A stretch of 64,000 nucleotides of DNA, from NCBI RefSeq assembly GCF_964204645.1, contig NC_134029.1, positions 21,632,950-21,696,949 of the forward strand. The letters are read 5' to 3'. The DNA comes from Tubulanus polymorphus. Its lineage: Eukaryota; Animalia; Nemertea. A program made the position numbers and the translations under genes. This document shows positions 27,601 to 39,600 of this stretch, one piece after another; positions within the stretch are counted from its first letter, which is position 1, and each line of letters begins with the position of its first letter. Under the pieces are notes generated by a model that did not search any database, had not been told where the DNA came from, and was given only the letters and a program-made list of their open reading frames with translations.

Positions 27601-30600
27601 TATTTAGTAAACTCGACTAAAAATCGTTGAAATACAACTAAATGTTCAAAACTCAATTTTGATTTTCCAATTTTGATTTCAAGTCATATATAGAGCTCTT
27701 GTTTGATGGCGTCATAAAAAAAATCCTATTGATTCTAGCGTTAAACATTTACCACTAATTGAAAGAGCGTACAGTAAAATAACAAACCGGTAATATTCGG
27801 ATAAGCATCTGAAAAACCTGTCGGATTATGAGCATCTGATGACATTACGATGAAAGTATCGAGGACATCAGAATTCATAACTGTTTCCTGATCCTTTATA
27901 ACTGATAACCCTCCGAAGCAGTATCCACAGGAAGATCTATGTAATTAGTTTCAATAATTGATAGATATCTGAGTGGTCGCCGCGTAGAACCGTTATGGCG
28001 GATCTCGTTTGATTAAACCAGAGCAAATGTTCATCGTTCCGTTCCGAACGCCGATATTGACATATTGTACGGTTTGTTGTGTTCTGAATGTGTTAGTTAC
28101 AGAACTTGTTATTATTCAGGTGTAAGACGGATGCATCACGCCTCACAATATCCACATACTCCATGTATTAGTAGCGTTGTACCTGTCCTCGTAAGATTGC
28201 GACATCCGGTGACTTGACACGCGATTGACCTTTGAATTGACCTGGCTGAAAAATTTAGCAATTTAGATTAGGCGGCTATATTTAGTGTTCAATATCAGTG
28301 CGCTCCCTATGTCTAACATACTTGTAAGAGAAAACCACCGTTTGAAAATATGATAACGATTTTCATACTTTTCTACGAAGTTCGTTACTTGCAATAAACG
28401 GGAACTCGTTTATCGCATCGCTTTGTTTTCTCAGAGCTGGATTTAACAACGTCAGGTGAACTCTAATCAACGGAGACTGGATTTGACATTCGCTGATTTG
28501 GAGACGTATAAACTCAGGTCGCGGGAACGAATTGATTAGCGTTTATCAGAATGGATAGCAGTAATATATGACATTCGTGTTTTTGTTTTCTTGCTGCGTT
28601 CATTTCATCGACGTCGTTGTCAGGTTATTACATACATGCCGGTCCTCCGCGTCGGTTAACAGCGTCGGTTTACAGCCCCGTAACGAATAGTCATTCGGGA
28701 AGCGCAATTGATTGCTGGGTATAAAGTTAGCGGAACGATTGTTGTCGGAGTGAGTGAGAGACATTGAGACAGTGAACGTATACTGTGATGTAGATACAGT
28801 GTATCTTGCTTGGTCTCTAACCTCATCATTAGTGTATACGTAGCTCTCACTTTTCATCTCTCGTGTTGTATTTGGTATTTGTTCACACACGTCATCGCAT
28901 GTCACGGATTATGACGGACTCCGATGATTTGAATTCGTCGAATTTGATGAGGGATAAAATGGTTATCGAATGCGCCGCGTTGGATATCGAAGTCGGAAAT
29001 TTTCAGGTACGATTATTTTTTTGAGAAACGTAGACCGCGTTGGCACTAAATTGTTATTTTGTACGGTCCAAGTTTGGACCATTCCAATTTAGAACGAACC
29101 AAGCATTTGCTCTAGTGACAAGTCCGTTCCATTTTAGACCCGACCAATTTGGACCGACATAAAAGATCGACCCAGTCCTTAATTTTGGAATGGACTAATT
29201 CTGTGTGTATGGAGACAAACTGGTTCCTGGTCCGTTCTAAATCGTTATTTTGAATCTCTGTGGTATGAATATATTTGAACTGAACTGATCACTAAATCGT
29301 CATCAAGTTGAAAAAAAGATTTGCCTAAATTGCCTAAAATTTGCCTTATTTAGCCCCAAATTTTCATGCTATCCACGAAGACTTGCATTTCAAAATCAAG
29401 GGGATATGGGGTATTCTTAGTATTTGGCTCTTTACTTTTGACTGTGTGTATAACATTTAGCTATGTACTTTTTCTTTTTCTTTCTGCCTGTGAAAATTCA
29501 GAGGATTTATTGACTGAACTGCTGCCGAGAAGTTTCACAACAACGGCGCATGCAAAAAAATCGCAAAATGGCAAACACGTAAAATAATAAAATGTTTCTT
29601 ACTCAAACAAGTAGGCACTCACAGGAATACGTGTATATACGTGATGCTTATGTAAATTTGTAGATATTGTAGATTTGCCCGTGGGAATTTGAACGTGAAA
29701 TATGAGCTTTCTACTTTTTTCGCCAGTATGTCATAGCTGATGCCTCGAAGCGTTTATGGGCGTATCAGTACCAAGTACATTCAGCATAGATTCTACTAGA
29801 TTTATGAAACTCATTTGATGTGTTAAATATAAGATGAGTTGATTCATTTGATGAGCGATAATGGGGTTTTGTGTATGGTATCTGTTAATTCATTATAGTA
29901 GTAGGCCTGGCCCCCGTTACTGGATGATAATGTCATGGGAAGTACTTTAAGTTACCTATCATATCCGAATAAGTTGTATTTCAGAATGATTGATCTATCA
30001 CCTTCGTATCTGAGAGGATCGGGAGGGAAACTGACAGAGTAATTGTTCCGTTATACAGGCATTCGTACTCTCTCCCTCGACGGTTTCCCATTCAGAAACT
30101 TCACTTAATACCCCAAGAATTTTCACTTCAACATTTCACATCTAAAGCAGGTGTACATCATCAACTATCTCACACTTACCGGAAAATGTTGGCATTTTCT
30201 GGCAGGGCAGATTTCTCGCCGCGCGCAACCTTTCTACGAATGCCAATCCGAAACGTCGAGTTTTTTTTTTGTTTGTTTGTTTTTTGTTTCAAATCGCTGT
30301 AGTTTAAACCTGTTTTTCAGTGGGTAAGGTTGTAGACACGCAATTTCCTCTCGTAATTAGACCGCTAATGAGTTCAACAGATAAATTTCACACCTCAGTT
30401 TGAATACGTCTGTCCAATCATCTGCCACTGATTTGAAGCGACGTTAAACAATATATCGCGTTTTAAACGATATCGGCAAAAAATTCGGTTTTCATTGCAA
30501 AATTTCTATGGAATTTACAAACAGCGCTTTTATACTTGAAGCACTGGGCATGTTGCCTATAAACATTACTTTAAGGGTGAGAGAGAAATTGGATAACATT

Positions 30601-33600
30601 TCGTATACTGCCGTAGGAAATATCTCTGAGGAATCGCGTATAATTTGTGACTGGAATATCTGCAGTGTTTTCATACCCATCGGGATTATGATTGAACACT
30701 GGTCTGATTTCATGCAAACTTCCCTGCATTCAACAACTGTCCAGGCATCCACATTCGTATGCACTAAGTGTCCTGAGTCTTCAGATTAAATTAAAGATGT
30801 ATTTTTGCCCGAAAAGTGTTGTCTAAAGCACAGGACACAGGGAAACACGCAAACAGGAGAGAGGAATATGTTAGCATTGTTTTCCCATGTTTAGCCCAAA
30901 AGTCAAACATGGCACAACTTTGGAAACATTGTTTCCTGAAACACAGAATCAAACATGTCTCATCTCGGAAACATTGTTTCCCCAAACCATGTTTCTCGTT
31001 TCTCAATGTTTCGGGAATTAAGTCAAAAATTCATAATTAAGTAATAAATTAAGTCAAACATGGTTTCGGGAAACAATGTTTCTGAGATGAAACATGTTTG
31101 ATTCTATGTTTCAGGAAACAATGTTTCCTAAGTTGTGCCATGTTTGACTTTATTCACGTCATTTTTTTCTCTGATGATGAAGTTTAGTCAAAACTTCAAG
31201 ACTGTCAGTAGAATGAATTATTAAACCGTCAACTGTGGGCTTTGTTCATCAACTCTGAAATACTGAGATCAACATCAGTCATGTTTGATTCTGTGTTTTT
31301 CGGGCGTCGTGGGCGATGGGCTTAAATCCACTACGGTGACAAATGAAACGCGGAATTGTTGGGGAGTTTCCAAATTTCACTAACCCCCTTGCTACGACTT
31401 CTTTGAAAGGGTGATCCTCGACATTAGCATCAAAGAACATACGAACGATCGAGACTTTTGCCGGGATAAATATTGTTGAGATTTTCAGATGATAGACGTC
31501 GAAATTGTTTGCCGAGCAAATACCCTACAAGTTTCTTGGCGCTTAAAAGAGCATGCAATGTGTCAAAATGTCAGAGTTTATTTCATCGAAGAAATCAATT
31601 GGATTGTCACATCACATTTCTTCCATATCACGGCCGAGGAAATAATAAACTTTGCACGCGAGGAACAGCAGTGATATCCTGTGTCAATTTTATTTTCATA
31701 GCGCAGTCACACCTTCCAGTCAACTTAATCTACCTTATTTTTATGAGGTCAAATTTTTACAAAATCCTCTGTAATCAATCAACGCCGAAATCATTAATAA
31801 CACAGAATGTCAGGGATTTTTTTTTCCACGCTAATTTACGTACGAAAAATAGATTATTTCCGCCTTAAGCGTGGTTTTAACGCATAAATTAGGTTTAACC
31901 CGGCGAATACGCGTTGATGATATCGCGGAAATGAAGAACACGCGCGACGACGGCGGCGGCGGCCAGCGCGTGAACACCTTTCAATTATTATAGCGAATTG
32001 TCTAAGATAATCATAGCTGCGAGTGCGGCTTGTTTTCACTGTTGAATGAACACTGGTAATCTCGCCATGTGATGCTTATTATCCATGAATAAATTACACT
32101 TCCTCGGGGATTCCTGCTCCTCTTCTTCGTACTGAAAAAAAAGCCAGAAGATTCAGGCGAAGCTTTATATTAGAAACTGTGACGGTTTGCGCCGCCGGAG
32201 GTGTTTAATCCATATCTGGCTGTCACGAGTACTGGAACACTAAAGGCCGCCTATAGGGAATTCTCGTGTGTAGATTATTAGTTTTCATTTTCCGCTGTTG
32301 ACTTGAACGAGTTTCGCGTTCATTCTATTTTTCAGGATGCGAGAAAAGGACGATTGTGTCGATTCAGTTCTTCGTGTCCGTCGCTCGCCGAACAAGAGGC
32401 GCCACCTGCAGGACGTCTGATGAACTCGCCTATAATCAGTAAGCATATAGTACGATAAAGCGCGATTAGTTCCGTGTCTATTTGAGACGGGCAAAATTTG
32501 GCCCGACCTAATCCATCGCACCAGGCCCGTGCCAAATGTGAGCATGTACTAACTGCACCTCACTTGCCACAGCATTGTTTTGATAGCATTTTAATAACGA
32601 GTGAGTGGTTTACATGTGACCGCGCTCTCTAATTAGGCTCCGGTCTGGTCCTGGCTAGTTTGACCTGGACCCGTTTGATCCCAGCTATAAACGAATTCAC
32701 AACTCGTATGAAAGTGTAAATTATGAACTGAACTATGGTGAAATTTGAACACAACCGAGGGTTATATGTGTGCTCACTTGTATTATACTGTTTGAACACC
32801 TTCTCGTCTCATGTACATAGATACTGCCGATGCCTGAAATCATTTAACTGGAAAATTTCAAATTATCGATTGCTCATTCTTGTCGAAAGTCGCTCGGTCG
32901 CCGTTGAAGCGTCTTTGAAATTCTTGCCGATAAGACGGATGCGATGTCTTTTCGCGAGGTATTTCGTTTCATCGGCGAAATGCGCTTTACAGCGAGCCTC
33001 TCTCCGTCTGACGTGTTCAAATAGCTTTTTTCATCGGCGAAATTTTATTGCTAGAAATTAGGCGTTTCGTTTAAATTTCAAGTGTTAAAGCGACGCATTC
33101 AAAAATTCTATCTATATTTGTTTATCAAACACAGAAAATTGTAATTATCAGAATGGTTTCTTAAGCTAGGGGCAGACGAGCGGCGATTGAATTCTCCAGT
33201 GAATCTACATGTATTCACTGGTAGCCGTTTATATGAAGGAGATAAAAAAAACTGGTTTCAGGAATTTACGTAGTTTGACCAGAGTATTTGATAAGTGATT
33301 TTCACTATGAATGACCCACTTTTTCTAGCGCCATCTGGTGAGTGCCGATACCCCTTTGAAGTGGTACGGTGATTTTTCGAATTTAAGACAAGCCGCTTTA
33401 CTTTCGATCTCGGTACTATCATTATTGTCTTGAATCCCAGCGATACAAAACTAACGCGTATCATGGTTCCCACAGAACAGGGAATTTGGGAAAAACTTGG
33501 GAATTGTGAAAAGATAATTCCCGGTTTGGAAATATTTGAGAATTTGAAAAATTGTCCTCAAATCAGGGAAATATTTGGGAAATTCATTACATTTCACGTA

Positions 33601-36600
33601 TTACATTTGCCAAGGGCAACTTTTCTCGGTGATTTCTCTTGAAAATTACCTTTATTAACCAGTCACCGCTAAAATGTTGACTATAGCATGACGATACGTG
33701 TTCATTTGCATTTGGGAAAATTGAAAAATCACCCATGAAATACTTGAAAAAAACTTGGGAATTTTGAATTCATTTAACTGTGGGAACCATGGCGTATACA
33801 ACTTCACATTATTGGTCGTTTTATAGTTTCTGACTCTCGTATCGCTGGATAAATAATTTAGCTTTTGATGGCGTCATTAGTCGAGATATCACACTTGGGT
33901 CAGCTATCGTTCCTCGTGTTCATGAAGCTTAGTAACGAAACGATGTCTTTACAGTTTCTTCGACGCATTGCTAGTTCGTCACGTATATTCCGCAACTTAA
34001 CCATAGCAAATGAGTAACAACAGTTTCAGCAGTGTAACTTGGATGAGAAATGAATTTCTGCGATATCAATATAGATACTTGATCGATAAAGTAGAATAGT
34101 TCTATTATCAGGTGTGGCAGAATTATCAGTGTTACTGGACTTTCAACAACGGAAGTGATGGAGTGTTAAACCCTTATTGGAAAAAAATGGAAATATGTTC
34201 GATTATTTCATTGCTGCTTTGATTACTGTACTAAATTCATTATTCAACACATTGTGAATATCTGCCTCTTCAAAATGTAGTAGGATTTATTCTATAGCCG
34301 CGATCAGATCACACTGAAAAATTTGACTCGTGTCTAATTAGAGAGCGCATTCAAATGCAAACCACTCACTCAATACTGAACAATGCTTAAATGAAGCGAA
34401 GTCAGTCACTTCTGGAACCAATTGCAATTCACATGCAATAATTTGACCCATGCTAAAATTTGGCTAGGGCCTGGGCCAAAAATGCTTGCTCGATTGCGGC
34501 TTATACCGATGCATCATGGATTATATTACATTTCGTTTATTAACGAACTTAATGAACGGCTACTTTTGAGGTCGTAACAGTAAAGATATAATGATTATGT
34601 ATGCGTTGTATTTCAGGTGGTTGTCATTCATCTATGTTGGATATCGCTCAGGAACATCGGTACAATAACAATGATATGCGGGATGCTCACGCGTATTCGT
34701 CTATTGATATGTACTGTAATAACGATACGACCGGTGGCGCCGCCAACAGCATCGAAACGAACGTGAAAATTTGTATAAACGACGTTACGGTCGAGAGCAC
34801 CGACGATAATTACGCGGCGGACGCCGCCAACAGTCAGTACGAGTTCGATCGCAAGTTAAAGAAATCGAAACGCAGACGCAGCTGGTGCCCTCAGAATTCG
34901 CAGGGACTGTCGTCGCAAAATGCTCAACCGCGATCGCCGAAACAATTGGCCGTCATGGGACGAAGGTATGGCTATCATTTCTTCTATTCATCTCATTTCC
35001 CTTCATAATGTAGTTGATACTCTGTAGGTGACCTGAATGTATTTACGACTGATCGTAAGGCCAATGTAGTCGATACATAAAGCTCAGGTCTCATAAGATC
35101 CGACCGATCGATCGTCGGGTTGGGATGACTCGGCAGCCAGTCGTCGATTTTTCAGTCAAGGAGTTTTTGTGACATGAGTGCACTTAAGATCAATCAAACT
35201 AAATGCAGACCAGTCGTAAGCTGATCTGACATGTTCTATTTCATACGATAATCAGATCGGTACAGATCTTATGTGACCTGAGTGTACTTAAGACCGATCG
35301 TAAGCCATAGCCAATGAACTGTGATGTACAGATCACATGACTTAACTGTTCGATTCGAAATGATCGTGGATCTCTGATCGTGGATCTCTGAGCGTAGCTA
35401 AGATCTGACGAACGAGTCTTGGCCGAATCAGCGACCAGACCTCGCGATGTGACACGAGTGTTCTCTTAAAACCGAATCGCTGACGATAGGATCGGACTTT
35501 ACTGCGACCTGAGTTTGGCTTATCTAACCGGATTGGCTTTAGTTTGACCACCGGGTGAATTACATTCTATGCTGCAGTTGACGGGAAACGGAGATTGCGT
35601 ATATTGATTAACGTCTAATGTGGACATTTCTCACACTTCGTAGCTGGACTTCGTGAACTGTAACTTCTTACCCGGTATTCAGAAATTTGTTGACTGACTT
35701 TCTCAGTCAACTATGCCAGGCGTAGGTCGACTTGCGACACGATGCATTGCTTGGTGGAAACTGGTCACGACGTTCAATGACGGTGTGTGACTAGTCTCTG
35801 TCAATTACGAGAACAGAGCAGTGTAGACTTATAGAGAATCGTGTCCTGTTGCGACCAGTTAAACATGCACAACACATTACAACTGGTGTCGATGGCGGTC
35901 GCAAGGTCACATAGGTTGGCGGGTGTTTGTGATGCGATCGTCGCTGGGCAGTCGCGACGCCGACCGACACCAGTATTTCTAACAAAACCATCTTTCTAAA
36001 CGATCTCTATCAATCATTACCACTATCAACAATTTCCGCTACTTAACGATTTGATTTCAGAGATAAAGCGATTTTTGCCGTATAAGACGTTGACTGTTGA
36101 AACGTGGCTTGACCCGTAAAAACCGAGCTCGTGTTGTTTATTCATTGCGGACAGAAATCGGCGTCTTTGATTGGTCGATTAATAATAACACCGGGTAGAC
36201 GGGATTCTACGGCGAATCAATCATCGTCATGTATTTCATAAGGGAATCGTAGAGCGTATAATAATGACCACAGCGATCGCTGGTTGATCACCAGCTCTAA
36301 TCAAGCGTGAGCGTTTCTTTCTCGATTCCCAGATAAAATGTTAATAATAATAATAATGATAATTATATTAATAATTCATCATTTAAAAGGGCTTTACATT
36401 TAAACACGATTCCAAAGCTCTTTACAGAATCTGTTTTAAAAAGTCACTTATCATAAACTCTTGAATGAAGATGAGTACATTTAGAGGACTCGACTGGTGG
36501 CCGGTTTCTGGTATGTTTCGGGAAAATTATTCCACAAACGAGGTGCCGAGACAGAAACGGTTCGTGAAATGAATTTCGGATGAGCGTCTCGTTGAATAGC

Positions 36601-39600
36601 GGTAGATAGAGATGTCAGCACCACTAACGCTGTTTCAATCAAAAAATCAAACGAAATTTACCAACCAAATAAATAACAGGGACAATCCCTATTTTAAGAT
36701 CAAAAACTACTTTCATTTTTATAACCATTTTCATTCTAGCGATAAAACAGTTCAGAAGCGCTGGATTTTTGATATAACTTTTCGAATTATTTTTTAGCGT
36801 TTTCAATAACGTAATGTTTTGTTTTAGTTGATATCATTTTCTCGACCGGTTCTCTACTGATATCTTCTGTTCTCGATGATGTCCTGTATACTCTGTATGA
36901 TTGGAAACTGCATCATAAACGAGTAAATCTCCTTTGTGGTTCGGTTAATTCAATATAGACCAGTTCGCACTACATTATTTAGAACGGTCTAGGTTTACTT
37001 ACGTTCCAGATTAGAACGGACCTAGTATTCATACCAGTGATGAAAAGTCGGCTTTAGATAAGTCTGTTGCAATCGGTTCAATTTAGACTGGCCAAAAAGA
37101 CTATTCTAAATATGTTCTAGATTTTAGAACCATTTCTTCATGTATGAATAAGAATTTTGCAATCCGTCAATCATGGTGTTGCATCTAGCTGGACCAGCTG
37201 ATTTAAAAACATATATGAACGCATAGCATTGATTCAGGCCAAATTAGAACAGACTAACTAGTGATATTGCGAACGCAGTTTATCGTAATGATTCCATGAT
37301 TGATAAAACTACCTTACATCCAGTCAGGGTAAAGCAATTATGATTTGGACGGGGCTCAAGTATCCACACGAACATTCAAGCATTATCATTTCGAAAAAGA
37401 AATGACTAAGAATATTTCTATTATTTCCATCAAAGTTTCATCCCAGTATTGAGCAGACAAAGCAGCGCTCCTGTGAGAAGACGTATTCTCACGAAGACTA
37501 ATTCTTTGCCGTGTTTCTTTATGAAACCGATGAAGACAATTTTGGAAGATAAACGGTAAACCAATAACTCCGCAGTCCGAAAAACAGAAACGCTCTCATT
37601 CATCAAATATCGTGAATTATCTATTGATTTGAGCCGTCGTTGGAAAAATTATAAAATCAAATTTTTTTTTTTTCTTTAATGGAAATGAAATTCTGAGAAA
37701 AAACGTCCTTAAAAATATCAACGTCTGCCGTTCGAATCCCAAATAGATAAATCGCTTTATAATGATATCTTATCCAAGAATTTTCGCATGAAACCGAAAC
37801 GCAGTGTTTTAAAATGAGAGTTGACAATCATATGCATGAAGCTTGTTACAGACAGTTTGAAACGTGAAACTGCTCGACATTTCAACATTACCATATTTTC
37901 ACTTGTTTTATATTTACCTGGCAGACTGCCTGTCTGGTGAATTCATTCCGAGTGACGTATTACCTTTTGAAGAAAAAGCCACAGTATGTAGAAAAAAGAG
38001 TATTTGACGTTTAGACTCGTTGGCCATTTTAAAAACCGTTTTGAAAATGGTTCGTAGAATTGAGTCGAAACGTCAAACACTTGTAGTTTGTTCGTATTGT
38101 CAGTTTTTCTTCAATCTAATTTGAAAGTCACTGAGGTTCATTGAAACAGATATCAATCACCTTTTTACGCATAGAAAGAATTTCATATCTATCACTGGCA
38201 GGTAAAATGAATCAGTGTTTTTCCAGCTTATTCAACCAAGTGATTTGATCGGCCTTTGTAGCTGTATCGGTGAATCATCGATAAAAGATTCGATATGACA
38301 TCGATGGCCCTCATGATTGGTTAACGAACCATTGTGATCGGTGTTTTCAAGCATACCGAACAAAATAAATTTGATCCATAAACAAGCTGGCCCAACCTGG
38401 AAAACTCGGAGAATCAGAAAAATCTAGAACAAATCAGTGAAACTCGGGGAATTTGACAAATTTGACCAAAAACCTGGAAAACTCAAGGAATTCGATAAAT
38501 TTTGGAAAAAAACTGGAAAACTCGGGGAATTCGGATATCGACATTCATAAAACAAATGAATAAATTGTAACATTTTAAACCCAGAAATTCCTGATGATTA
38601 ATTCAGTGAATTTTGTGTCATAACATGAAAAAATCAGGGAGAACTCGGGAAAGTTGCAAATTGGCAGAAAGTAGCCACCCTGTGAAAACTGTATATGGAT
38701 GAGCAGTTAATCAACCACATTTCATTCTGGTACGGATGGATTTTCTGGTATTTTTTCATTATAGTTTACTTCAGCGCAATAAAGGCAATGTACTGTAACG
38801 TGAACCTGGTAAGTTCTGGGAAGTTTCATTTTCTGTCGTCATGCGTCAGAATGAAACATGTTTTTTCCACTCCGTAAAAACGACGAATTTTCTCCGGGGA
38901 GATTTCATCGAAATTGGTTGCTAAGGTGAGGAACGCGTGATAAAAAATGGCCGCGTCACGTTGCGTATCCCTCGAGGAGTTATAACGAACGCGATGAACC
39001 GACGAACCCCGGCGCTTTAATTCGATCATTCTGATAATGAATTATCAATTAGTCGGGTTGGAATGTTAAAGATTCCCGTGATAGTTAGATGCGATTAGAG
39101 AACTGCATATTTCGTAGAATGAAAACTAGCACTAGTCAGTTTTGGCCTCCGCAGGATTATGCCCCCGGTCAACCATCCACACGGGTACCAGATGGGCCCG
39201 ACTAAAAATGTCGGACCAGGCCCAAGCCAAATCTTAGCATGGTTTAAATTATTGATTGTAAATGCTGGTAGTGACTCACTTCAGTTTGTCAGAGCATCTT
39301 TCGAGTATTGGGTGAGTGGTTTACGTGTGAATGCGCTCTCTTATTAGACACGAGCCAAATTGGACCCGGGTCTGATCTGGGTTAATTTGACCGATGGCAA
39401 ATCATCTCCATATAATCGTGACTGTTATCAGGAACTAAAGAAAATGTACCGATTTGAGATGACTAATGAATTACAAGATTTCCGGAGAGCTATGACGAAA
39501 CCGATAAAATTGAACAACCAGAACAGCTTTGATGAATCTCATTCTAAAATGAGCGGGCAAATATGTTTGATACGAAAATATCGGCAAGATTTTCCCTCAT

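Noticed and set aside
27835-27860. Hammerhead core CTGATGA...GAAA
   Set aside because: Stem II cannot close correctly and there is no stem I or NUH site.
31473-31868. 131-aa ORF as an exon
   Set aside because: No convincing donor, not needed for phase, and no recognisable motifs.
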